From Bdellovibrionota bacterium (GTDB taxonomy: Bacteria > Bdellovibrionota > Bacteriovoracia > Bacteriovoracales > Bacteriovoracaceae), in contig JAZKDZ010000003.1 of assembly GCA_040387275.1 (NCBI GenBank), positions 105,858-129,857 of the forward strand: a stretch of 24,000 nucleotides of DNA, in the 5' to 3' direction. The position numbers were made by a program, and so were the translations under genes. The notes under the pieces were generated by a model, which had not been told where the DNA came from, made no database searches, and worked only from the letters and a program-made list of their open reading frames with translations. This document shows, in pieces, positions 15,640-23,757 of the stretch. Numbering within the stretch: the first letter of the stretch is position 1; each line of letters begins with the position of its first letter.

Positions 15640-16620
15640 ATGACAAAAACAGCCCAATTCCTTTTAGTGCTCCATCACGTCGCTACTTCTCCCAATCGTT
15701 GTCTTCCGGAAGAAAGACTTCGCTCACTTCTGGGAGATCCTCCGAAATCAACCTGGCACAGGCTTATTAATGAGCTCACCACGGGAACGAGTGATGTGCC
15801 TGCACTTCTCATGGAAACGATTCAGAAGGACACAGAGGGCGTATTCTATTGCGTGAACCACAGAGGCTGGCAAGCCTTTCTGGATGCTCATGAAGAGGGG
15901 AAGTTTCTCCTCGAATGTTACCGTCAGGTCGGCCATCTTCTCGATTCAGATTTCACGAATATGGTTTTCGATATCCCTGACATGAATAAAAAACATGTAA
16001 GCCGGATCGATCGGAAGTTCCTTCACTTGGTAAAAGTGAAGGCGCAGAAGACGAATAGCTCGAAAGAGATACTAAACTCCGTTATTCAGGGCCTCATTAC
16101 CGAAAAACAACTCGAACTCACTTACGATGGCGGAGTCCGGATTGTTCGTCCGCTGACTCTTTGCCAGCACCGGGATGATCTTTATCTCATGTGCTACCGC
16201 ATGAAAGATGGCGGGCAATGGGAAAAGAGAACTTATAAAGTGGCCCGGATGTCTGGGGTTAAGGTGCTTGAACGCAAGTTTCCTTATCCGGCGAAGAATG
16301 ATTGGGATCCGCTGAAAGAGTATCAAGGGTCGTCCGGAATTGTTCTGGGTGAAGAGAAACAAGTTCAGATCCGAGTATATGGAGTTTCGAGAAAGATCCT
16401 CGCGGAGAAAGATTTCTTCAACGGGAAGTTAACTAATCGTGACAAAGATTTTGATACCTATGTTTGCACGTATACCAACGTTCATGAATTTCTGGGACAA
16501 GTGTTTGTGTATGCCCAGGATATAGAGATTGTGGATGATGAATCATTGAAAGAAGCGTTTGTGAATAAAGCGCAGGCGGGGCTTCTTAGAAATCAAATTT
16601 CGAAGATCAAACTGGGCTAA
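15640..16620 (+). CDS. WYL-domain transcriptional regulator (wHTH-WYL architecture, BrxR/CapW-like class)
   Basis: The N-terminal region is wHTH-like (FLLVLHHVATSPNRCLPEERLRSLLGDPPKSTWHRLINEL). The central block ELTYDGGVRIVRPLTLCQHRDDLYLMCYRMKDGGQWEKRTYKVARMSGVKVLERKF matches the WYL pattern (x-Y...R-x-V-x-P...L-Y-L...Y......R-x-(F/Y)-x-(V/L)-x-R-(I/M)). Confidence 0.7.
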   Translation: MTKTAQFLLVLHHVATSPNRCLPEERLRSLLGDPPKSTWHRLINELTTGTSDVPALLMETIQKDTEGVFYCVNHRGWQAFLDAHEEGKFLLECYRQVGHLLDSDFTNMVFDIPDMNKKHVSRIDRKFLHLVKVKAQKTNSSKEILNSVIQGLITEKQLELTYDGGVRIVRPLTLCQHRDDLYLMCYRMKDGGQWEKRTYKVARMSGVKVLERKFPYPAKNDWDPLKEYQGSSGIVLGEEKQVQIRVYGVSRKILAEKDFFNGKLTNRDKDFDTYVCTYTNVHEFLGQVFVYAQDIEIVDDESLKEAFVNKAQAGLLRNQISKIKLG

Positions 16621-16841
16621 GCTACTTTCTTATAACGATTGATCTTCTTATTAAGATGTCTCAGCCATCCCTCACGTGTCTCCATGTGAGTCCTATGCTG
16701 GTTACAGAAGAGATGAGAAATTGAATTTGGTTCTATCCGATTCAGGATGCAATCTTCAAAGTTATAAATAGGCGTATTACAAATTGAGTAATTGGAATTT
16801 TGATTCCAAAGTCTCAGACAAGTTTTTCTATCCTGGGACAC
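16617..16841 (-). CDS. Hypothetical small Cys/His-rich protein (74 aa, GTG start)
   Basis: GGGAGG lies 6 nt upstream of the GTG. Its start abuts the stop of the upstream 51-aa ORF (TAAGTG). Four Cys and four His suggest possible metal binding. Its 3' end overlaps the WYL gene stop by 4 nt in convergent orientation. Confidence 0.45.
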   Translation of the reverse strand: MSQDRKTCLRLWNQNSNYSICNTPIYNFEDCILNRIEPNSISHLFCNQHRTHMETREGWLRHLNKKINRYKKVA

Positions 16842-16997
16842 TTAAAACCTCCCATATAGACATCCCCAAATGACAAATGCTGGAAGCAGGAGATGACCAA
16901 TGATTCTTAAACTTATTGCGAGACAAAAAAGAAAGGTCAGTTTTCCATAATCTGAGAAAGCGAAAGCTGTGAATAATATAAAGAAGATAAAAATCAT
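16842..16997 (-). CDS. Hypothetical small membrane protein (51 aa, two hydrophobic segments), not in the ORF track
   Basis: My own translation is MIFIFFILFTAFAFSDYGKLTFLFCLAISLRIIGHLLLPAFVIWGCLYGRF. GGGGA lies 6 nt upstream of the ATG. It is translationally coupled to the 74-aa ORF. Confidence 0.35.
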   Translation of the reverse strand: MIFIFFILFTAFAFSDYGKLTFLFCLAISLRIIGHLLLPAFVIWGCLYGRF

Positions 16998-17227
16998 GCT
17001 TATCCCCAAATCCAGAAGATGAGAAATATGAGGAAAGGGAATACTGTGAAAACTATCCAGTAACCTCGAAATTCTTTACCTAACATTCGGATCTTCTTTT
17101 TTTAAGTACGACAATGTTTCTTAACCAATTGGAGTAAACAATCCCTTCTCGTCTCAGATATTCCCTCCGTTTCCGAACTAAACAATGGATTAAAGTGACT
17201 AGAACAACTTTCAAAATGAAATATTTA

Positions 17228-17548
17228 TCAATCATCATCTTCCAGCTCCTGGTCAAAAAGTAATTGACCAAGAATTTCTCCAGCGCCATCATCAAGCAAA
17301 AGTATCTTCGTCGTGAGCCACGAAACCATATCCTGATGATTCGTATGAGTGACGATGATAAAATCCCCGTGATCCTGGATGCGAATGTCACAGCCGAGGT
17401 CTTCGTGAATTTCTTTTTTGAGATATTTGTGGAGTTTGTGAAAAGCTCTCATCGCCGTATCAGCTTCAAAGCTGAGCCCAAGTGGAGCGATGTCTACCTT
17501 CCACTTACCGTCTTTCTTGCTGTATTTGCCACGGAGATGGATCTTCAT
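17228..17548 (-). CDS. Hypothetical protein (106 aa, acidic C-terminus)
   Basis: The ORF lies 59 nt downstream of the 701-aa secreted protein gene on the same strand. The N-terminal KDGKWKVDIAPLGLSFEADT is faintly HicB/DUF1902-like, but too weakly to call. Confidence 0.5.
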   Translation of the reverse strand: MKIHLRGKYSKKDGKWKVDIAPLGLSFEADTAMRAFHKLHKYLKKEIHEDLGCDIRIQDHGDFIIVTHTNHQDMVSWLTTKILLLDDGAGEILGQLLFDQELEDDD

Positions 17549-17607
17549 GTCCCCATATTAGGGGACACGAGTCTCAGAATGTGGGACTTGGTGAAGTTAC
17601 GGATTTA

Positions 17608-19713
17608 CTAGGGAGTAGGAGCTTCAATCCCCGCACAGGCTTCTTCAATCTTCCGCTGCTTCCCTTTAAGCCCATTCGTGTAGAGATAAGCCTGCTCCGT
17701 CATGATTCTTTCGACGAAAGCATTAATCGACGTGAGTTCGCGAAGAGCGATCTCGGGGTCAATACTGATTCTGTCTCTGAGAGAGCTTACGGCAGCCTCG
17801 TGACGATTAGTTTCGCGTTCGAAGTCGGCAAAGAGTTGAGTGCGCTGTTGTTCGTAGGTTGAGTGTTTTTCAATACCCATCGGGATGAGTTCGCGATTAA
17901 AGCTCTGAACGAGTTGCGAGCGAGAGGCTTCTGGGAGCGCAGGGAATGCCGATCCAAGATTAAACTGCGGAAGGTTCTTGTCCTGAGTGACGAGAGTTTT
18001 ACAATAATCTCTGATGGCCTTTCTCTCAGGCTTTTGGTCGAGGCGATTGAATGAGTCTTCGCAATCATCTTCGATATCGTGACGGAGTTTCTTCGTGTCA
18101 CTGAGATTTCGTTCATAAAGACGACGGCGCTGACGATCCTGGGATCTTGATACGTCTTGATAGAGATCACCATCCTGAAGGCGATCAATGGCCTTCGCAG
18201 CATCGTTTTGATTGCGGGCGCGGGTATTGTTGAGGGCCGCTTCAGCTTTCAGAAGATTCGGACGAGCGTTCTGGAGCATGCCTTCGATTTCGGCCAGTTT
18301 CCGGAATGATTCACGAAGATCAGTACACATTTTTTGAAGTGGATTAGGGACATCGAGAATCGTCGCTAAACTTCTGTATTCGACGAGCTGACGATTGAGA
18401 TCGATCATCTTGTCAGCATCACGACAAGCTGTCGCGTCTTCGAGTTCAAATCCAGTTGTGATGATATTGCGCTGGAGATTTTCGAGAACATCACTGTTGT
18501 TGAGACGGAAACGAGCGTGAAGTTCCATACTCGCAAGAATGTTGTCGATACGTTTTTCAAGTTCTTCAGATAGTTTTGAACTCTGATCGTAGACCTGCAT
18601 TGCCTGATTGAATTCGCGAACCAGTTCTTCATCTTTGGCTCTTGCGAGATCTCCTGAAACCCAACGGGCCAGGAAAGTGACGGCAGATTTAATTCCGGCA
18701 ACAGCGAGGTTGGCTACTGAGGCACCAATCACGGCACCAGCAGCAGCAGAAGCGGAAAGGCGGGCGACGTGTTTGGGATCGGACATTTGCTCGCCGATGC
18801 GAAGAGCGCGGTCAGAGCGTTCCTCGACGATTTGTTGCCACTGATCGCTTTCGATCTGAGCAGAGGCTTGAGCGGAAACAATATTCTGGTTTGCGTTCGC
18901 CAGGTTTTGATTGAGTTGATCTGCTTGTTGATTGGAATTGGCCCAGTTCTGATTGGCCTGCGTTCCGATGACATTGATGTTCGCATCGATGTTGCCGGCT
19001 TGAGCAGCGATATTGGCGATACCATCCGCTCCGAGGTTAATGGAAGAATTGAGTGCACTCAATTGTTGGTTGCTTGAAGAAAGTTCAGTTTGAATGCCTG
19101 AGAGATCCATCCCTGCTAGAGCGGAATTGGTTCCTGAGACTCCGGAGTTAGCTGAACGACAAAGAAGAAGGCACGAAGGATTTCCTGCGCAACGAGAACA
19201 GTCTTCGGCAGCGTAAGCATCACTGATAATTTTATTGAAGAAGTGGTGGAACACCGATGTCGTTTTTTTATCGGTGAGATTGTGCTCGAGACGCTGGAAG
19301 AGTTCCACTTCGAGAGCGAGATTTCTTCCGTAGAACGGACGGTAGAAAGCGGATGAGACTTTGATTTGTTTTTCAGTTGTCGTGAGATGAATCACAACCT
19401 GGCGGCGAAGTTTCGGAGACCAACCCTCGTAGCGTTCGGTATCTTTGGTTTTTGTGTGCGAGAAACCTTCGAGCTGCATGGCCTTTTTAAGGGCATCGGG
19501 AATCATCGTCGTGGATTCTTTCTGCGAAGAAGGAATCTCGAAGATCGTCATCTCAGCGATCGAGTAATGAACTCCCTGCACATTCATCATCCGCTGATAC
19601 GTTCGGATTTTTCCTCCATCCTTTTTGGCGTCGAGACTCAGTTTCCACTTAGGAAGAGTTTCCGCAAATAGGGAAGAAGTGATGAAAAGAAGAAGGCAAA
19701 ATAAGGTTTTCAT
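17608..19713 (-). CDS. Large secreted protein with N/Q/A-rich helical region, internal hydrophobic segment and long coiled-coil C-terminal half
   Basis: The signal peptide is MKTLFCLLLFITSSLFA/ET. A Cys cluster reads DCSRCAGNPSCLLLCRS. An N/Q-rich stretch reads ANQNWANSNQQADQLNQNLANANQNIVSAQASAQ. A hydrophobic segment reads LSASAAAGAVIGASVANLAVAGIKSAV. The remainder is rich in heptad-like charged repeats. Confidence 0.85.
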   Translation of the reverse strand: MKTLFCLLLFITSSLFAETLPKWKLSLDAKKDGGKIRTYQRMMNVQGVHYSIAEMTIFEIPSSQKESTTMIPDALKKAMQLEGFSHTKTKDTERYEGWSPKLRRQVVIHLTTTEKQIKVSSAFYRPFYGRNLALEVELFQRLEHNLTDKKTTSVFHHFFNKIISDAYAAEDCSRCAGNPSCLLLCRSANSGVSGTNSALAGMDLSGIQTELSSSNQQLSALNSSINLGADGIANIAAQAGNIDANINVIGTQANQNWANSNQQADQLNQNLANANQNIVSAQASAQIESDQWQQIVEERSDRALRIGEQMSDPKHVARLSASAAAGAVIGASVANLAVAGIKSAVTFLARWVSGDLARAKDEELVREFNQAMQVYDQSSKLSEELEKRIDNILASMELHARFRLNNSDVLENLQRNIITTGFELEDATACRDADKMIDLNRQLVEYRSLATILDVPNPLQKMCTDLRESFRKLAEIEGMLQNARPNLLKAEAALNNTRARNQNDAAKAIDRLQDGDLYQDVSRSQDRQRRRLYERNLSDTKKLRHDIEDDCEDSFNRLDQKPERKAIRDYCKTLVTQDKNLPQFNLGSAFPALPEASRSQLVQSFNRELIPMGIEKHSTYEQQRTQLFADFERETNRHEAAVSSLRDRISIDPEIALRELTSINAFVERIMTEQAYLYTNGLKGKQRKIEEACAGIEAPTP

Positions 19714-19784
19714 GGGCTACTTATCGGTAGATACCTGACAAGATTGAACAACTTTGTTTTGCCCGGAATATTAAGGGTTTAAGC

Positions 19785-19904
19785 CTAGTTTCCGCGGAAG
19801 AAGAACACCCACAGAACAAGACAAAGGAATCCTGGAACTCCAAACGCATAGAGGAGTAGAGGAGGGAGGACACGGCCTTCGGCATTGTTCAAAATCTCTT
19901 TCAT
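19785..19904 (-). CDS. Hypothetical small membrane peptide (39 aa), not in the ORF track
   Basis: My own translation is MKEILNNAEGRVLPPLLLYAFGVPGFLCLVLWVFFFRGN. GGAG lies 8 nt upstream of the ATG. It has a single hydrophobic helix. It competes with the track ORF 19771-19962, which lies in another frame and has no SD. Confidence 0.35.
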   Translation of the reverse strand: MKEILNNAEGRVLPPLLLYAFGVPGFLCLVLWVFFFRGN

Positions 19905-19999
19905 GAAATTCTCCGGATAGGTTAATCGACAGATAGGCTTCTGCGAAACTTATGCCGGCCAATAGCGGTAGTGTTTGATGTATTTTGAGTCAATATGCC

Positions 20000-20581
20000 T
20001 CAAGCAGAGCGCTTGAATTCCATGCGGGCGATTTCAAAGACGTGATCGGGATCGTAATCGAAGAGTTGAAATGCCTTCGCCCGGAGATACCAGGAGAAGC
20101 AAGGGAACTCATCTGCCATGGCATCGGCTACAGGGTGAATTGCCACGAGTCCCGCACTCATCGTGAAGTGACTTCCGTTTTTTACAGCGTGAAGTGTTTC
20201 AGATTTATTGGGATGAGGAAATTTTCCAGAATACAAATGATGAACTGACCATCCACTATCGTCTGTGCGACTCGGTCTTTCTCCACCTGCAAATAGATAT
20301 GAGGAAAGCGCAGGACCATTCGCCCTGTTGTAAGGAGCAATCCCTTCTTTCTTTAATTTGTGCGTGAGATTTTTTGGATACTGATGTTGTTTCTGATCGC
20401 GATTGCAGCCGGGCCACAAAAGGATTGAGTCTGTGGGAAATTTCACCCAGGAGTCGAGATCGGAAATGATAAGGAGAAGAGCAGCTTCAACAGCAGGAGA
20501 CTTGAGAAGGGCAACCTCAGATCGAAACCACTCATCGAGGTTCGAAAGATCCGGAGCTTGGGAAATATAGTTTTTCGCCAT
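20000..20581 (-). CDS. Hypothetical protein (193 aa)
   Basis: AAGG lies 4 nt upstream of the ATG. It starts 27 nt downstream of the GH43-like gene. The segment WSVHHLYSGK...VKNGSHFTMSAGLVAIHPVADAMAD is only loosely reminiscent of HNH_2-type His/Asn spacing, so I do not call it. Confidence 0.65.
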   Translation of the reverse strand: MAKNYISQAPDLSNLDEWFRSEVALLKSPAVEAALLLIISDLDSWVKFPTDSILLWPGCNRDQKQHQYPKNLTHKLKKEGIAPYNRANGPALSSYLFAGGERPSRTDDSGWSVHHLYSGKFPHPNKSETLHAVKNGSHFTMSAGLVAIHPVADAMADEFPCFSWYLRAKAFQLFDYDPDHVFEIARMEFKRSA

Positions 20582-20608
20582 TACCTTTCGTATCGGTTTA
20601 GTCGGGGA

Positions 20609-21589
20609 TTACTTGAGCTTGATCTGGCAGTGAACATCTCTGCAGTTTTCAATCGTTACCGGTGAAAGCCACACATTTCTCTGCTCTTCTGGAGATGAGC
20701 CGTCATCTTTAATTCCGTGAAAGAGGGCCCAGTGTTTGTTGTTCGCTTCAAAGAACGCAGCTCGCGCTCCACCCCACGTGAGTGGCATTTGTTTTTCGAT
20801 ATCGGACGCAAAGTCTTTCAGGTCTTTTTTATCGGGAGTGAGATACGGCTCGTAAGGACCCAGAAGATTTTTTGAGGCCATGATGTGAATGCCGTAATCA
20901 TCAGACGTGTAATCACCAGCGCTGAAGGAAATAAAATAAATGCCGCTGGCCTTGAATGGTCGCGGACCTTCGACGAGTTTTCCGCCGAATGATCTTCTCG
21001 CTCTCGCCCAGTCCTGGGAAAGTTTGAGAATCGGAATCTCAGGACCCGTGAGATGAAACGCATCTTTCATTTTGCGCGCGAATATTTCTGTGGTCCATGG
21101 AGAGTTGTTTCTTTCTTCCGTCACTTTTTCGTAGAACATGTAGCCGTCGATAATGTGATGACCGTAAGTGTGACCCAGCCAGGTGGGTTGTACCGGAAGA
21201 GGACCGGAGAGCGGATGCGGTTCGCGAACCCATTTGCCGTTTACATTTTTGAAGGCGTACACACGACGACTCCAGTCTTCACCTTCACCATCAATCACAC
21301 TGCCGTAAAGAACGCCGTCCGTAATGTTTGGATCCCAGATGTCTTCGTCAGCATTCTGAAGTTTGAAGTGCGAGAGTTTGGCGGCTTTACCGGAAAGAAG
21401 ATCGTCGATATTTTTCCACGTGAGAATAAATCCGCCGGTGGTGAAGACTTCGACTTTGTTCGCTGAAATTTTTGGAGGAGAGGGATCGCCGAAATCAAGA
21501 CCTTTCGGTAATGCGCCGGTTCCCGTGAGGGGAATCACGGCGTATGCGGAAAAAGAAATTGCGAGTGTGAGGAAAGCAAAAATGCGCAT
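20609..21589 (-). CDS. Secreted beta-propeller glycoside hydrolase-like protein (GH43-like)
   Basis: The signal peptide is MRIFAFLTLAISFSAYA. The block VEGPRPFKASGIYFISFSAGDYTSDDYGIHIMASKNLLGPYEP resembles the GH43 motif EGP..fk..g.YYL.YSa......Y.......s..GPy. The family assignment was made by eye only. Confidence 0.45.
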   Translation of the reverse strand: MRIFAFLTLAISFSAYAVIPLTGTGALPKGLDFGDPSPPKISANKVEVFTTGGFILTWKNIDDLLSGKAAKLSHFKLQNADEDIWDPNITDGVLYGSVIDGEGEDWSRRVYAFKNVNGKWVREPHPLSGPLPVQPTWLGHTYGHHIIDGYMFYEKVTEERNNSPWTTEIFARKMKDAFHLTGPEIPILKLSQDWARARRSFGGKLVEGPRPFKASGIYFISFSAGDYTSDDYGIHIMASKNLLGPYEPYLTPDKKDLKDFASDIEKQMPLTWGGARAAFFEANNKHWALFHGIKDDGSSPEEQRNVWLSPVTIENCRDVHCQIKLK

Positions 21590-21606
21590 GCAAGGACGCT
21601 AGCACA

Positions 21607-23664
21607 TCAGCGGTCTTCTTTAAAGCAAACTCCGAAGTATCCTGGACCCGACTTAGTACGGCCTTCGGCCTTTAATGGGATTTGTGATAAGAATCCGGAA
21701 GTGGCAGAAGCTAACGGAATGCGGAAAGTCTTACTCATCGATTCGTTAATTGCTCCGTTAATGGCGTCAGTGACTTTTGCGCGGAGAAAAGGATCGGACA
21801 TCACACCCGTGCCGGTTCCTGTGACGAGGGCCCACGTGACTCGCGGTTGATCAATACAGAAGTCACCGTTGTGACAGGCCTTTGGTTTAAATGAAAGTGA
21901 GACGTTGAAGTCACCACTCACGTGAGCGCCGAACACTCCGAAGGGGAGAAGTTCTTTGCGACACTGTCTGAGTTTCAGGTCCGTTGAGTAGCGACCAGTG
22001 GAAGGTGCAAATTTAAGTTGAGGAGCTGCGTTCAATTTGCAACCAATGAGATCCGTCGGCAGGTAACAGTCTGTACCTTGTCCACCATTACACATGCGAC
22101 CTGATGACCAGAGAGTTCCGAGAACTTTGTTGAACTCATTGATATCGACGAAGGCCTGAATCGGACAATTCGGAATAGTTTGGTTGGCGTGAGTGGACGC
22201 AGTCGTTGCACTACACATGCCGGGAATCGAGAGACTGATGTTCCGGCGAACACCCGGAATGAGATCACCTATCACTTCAACGTTTTTGAATACATTATCC
22301 GCTTCACGTTTTCTTTCGATCTGAAGAACAAATGTATCGATGTTACGGATTAAAGTTCTGCGCTCATTAGTTACTTGTCTGATCTCTTCAGCGTTCAGTT
22401 CATTTGAGAGTTCCGATGTCTCAATCTGGGATTTCAAATTGATGAGACTCTTACGGATACTTTCTGAAACCACATTCGGGAAACGCTGAGATGGCCATGA
22501 GAGATCGTATTCCAGTGTCCAACCTTTCAGGAAGAACTGGATATCAGATGTGGTCGTGATTTTTTGTTTCGGATCGAGTCCTGCCTGCAGGCGCTCTGAA
22601 AATGTGACGTCGAGACCAAGACACGGGTGATTCGCCGGAATATCTTTTCCTGAGAAGACAAGATTACGGCACTGATAGAATGCAATGGATTGAGCGAGAA
22701 TAGGTTGTGTGTAACTGAGCTCACTCATGAAAGCCGAGCTATCAAGAACAAGTGGATTCTCACTTGATTCAACGGCCGCGAGAGATGTCGCCACCTGATC
22801 TTCTAAAACTTTGGCAAGAGCTTCAGCAATTGAGAGCTCAAGAGAATCGCGTAATGGGTGAAGAAGGACCGGCATGATTTCCGGAACAATAGATCTGAGT
22901 TCAGCCGGAGAGTAGCCATTAAGCCCCGAGACCTGAACATTCTTCGCGACGTTTCTAATGAGATCGTCGGAAATGAATGGCTCAGTACCCTGATGAACAA
23001 GTTTGACGTTGGAAATTGGCCGCGCCTGAGCGAGATCGATTTTCGCTGTGACACAAATGTCTTTTGCTTTATCGAGTGAGCCGCGGATATTTGTCACAAC
23101 AACAGAACGATCCGTGAGATTCGTTCCAGTCGTATCGAAATTAAATTGAGTGCCAAGATTAAGAGTGAGTTCAGTGATGCGGAAACAAAGGCGCGCATCT
23201 TTCCCCTGATAATCAATCGACTTGATATCCCACGCGAGTTTTTCAATCGTTACGGGTTGCGGGAAACCAATCGTGGTTCCGAAAACATCCTGAACGTTTT
23301 TACATTTCCCCACCTGGCGTGAGCCTTCGAAAAGGGGACACGGAAGATTGAAGCACAGGCGTTTTTTTAATTCGGGATTAAGGTCATGACGAAGACAGAG
23401 GTCTTTATCAGAGCAGTCCACACCTTCACGGGCGCATTCTTCTTTTTTCGGAGGAAGTGAGATGTCTTCAAGAGGATATGAGCGTTGAAGAAGGGAAGCG
23501 AGATTAGGAGCTACGTTACGGAGGACATTCAGCACAGTATTGCCGGCGACAGCGGTGACAGCACCTTGCGCGACAGAGACCCGCAGAAGCTGCGAGCGAC
23601 ACTGAGGAGCATCGAAGGCATGGGCCCCGGAAACGAGGAGAACAAGGAGGATAAGTGCTTTCAT
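21607..23664 (-). CDS. Large secreted Cys-rich protein, unknown function
   Basis: I prefer the start MKALILLVLLVSGAHA (cat at 23662-23664), which gives a clean signal peptide. Many Cys residues are spread through the protein, and I recognised no catalytic motif. It ends 17 nt upstream of the GH43-like gene. Confidence 0.8.
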   Translation of the reverse strand: MKALILLVLLVSGAHAFDAPQCRSQLLRVSVAQGAVTAVAGNTVLNVLRNVAPNLASLLQRSYPLEDISLPPKKEECAREGVDCSDKDLCLRHDLNPELKKRLCFNLPCPLFEGSRQVGKCKNVQDVFGTTIGFPQPVTIEKLAWDIKSIDYQGKDARLCFRITELTLNLGTQFNFDTTGTNLTDRSVVVTNIRGSLDKAKDICVTAKIDLAQARPISNVKLVHQGTEPFISDDLIRNVAKNVQVSGLNGYSPAELRSIVPEIMPVLLHPLRDSLELSIAEALAKVLEDQVATSLAAVESSENPLVLDSSAFMSELSYTQPILAQSIAFYQCRNLVFSGKDIPANHPCLGLDVTFSERLQAGLDPKQKITTTSDIQFFLKGWTLEYDLSWPSQRFPNVVSESIRKSLINLKSQIETSELSNELNAEEIRQVTNERRTLIRNIDTFVLQIERKREADNVFKNVEVIGDLIPGVRRNISLSIPGMCSATTASTHANQTIPNCPIQAFVDINEFNKVLGTLWSSGRMCNGGQGTDCYLPTDLIGCKLNAAPQLKFAPSTGRYSTDLKLRQCRKELLPFGVFGAHVSGDFNVSLSFKPKACHNGDFCIDQPRVTWALVTGTGTGVMSDPFLRAKVTDAINGAINESMSKTFRIPLASATSGFLSQIPLKAEGRTKSGPGYFGVCFKEDR

Positions 23665-23757
23665 GATCAGGGGAGTTGCAATCCCCTGACCAATTGAGCG
23701 TTTCAATTTACGGTGGTTTAGATCGGAAACAGTGTCGAAGAATTAGACACTGTCTTT

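Noticed and set aside
17228-17548. HicB-type antitoxin call for the 106-aa protein
   Set aside because: Only a short KDGKW...(V/I)-x-(A/I)-P-x-L-G-like resemblance supports it. There is no adjacent HicA-like toxin and no DNA-binding C-terminal domain.
17080-17611. ORFs 17080-17391 (-) and 17264-17611 (+), overlapping the 106-aa gene
   Set aside because: They are mutually overlapping alternative frames. Only 17228-17548 (-) is positioned sensibly downstream of the 701-aa gene and has a balanced composition.
18850-19080. Possible DNA tandem repeat underlying the N/Q-rich tract (recurrent ttgattg / gattgg strings, palindrome GAGTGCACTC)
   Set aside because: I could define no exact repeat unit. 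The similarity is compositional, driven by the codons for N, Q and A.
17787-19671. Many 60-140-aa ORFs in other frames within the 701-aa secreted protein gene
   Set aside because: They are shadow ORFs in a higher-GC, repeat-like coding region. The long frame has a signal peptide and continuous coiled-coil periodicity.
20818-23697. Overlapping short ORFs inside the GH43-like and Cys-rich protein genes (for example 21053-21466 +, 22803-23054 -)
   Set aside because: They are nested in long ORFs with signal peptides and show no independent translation signals.
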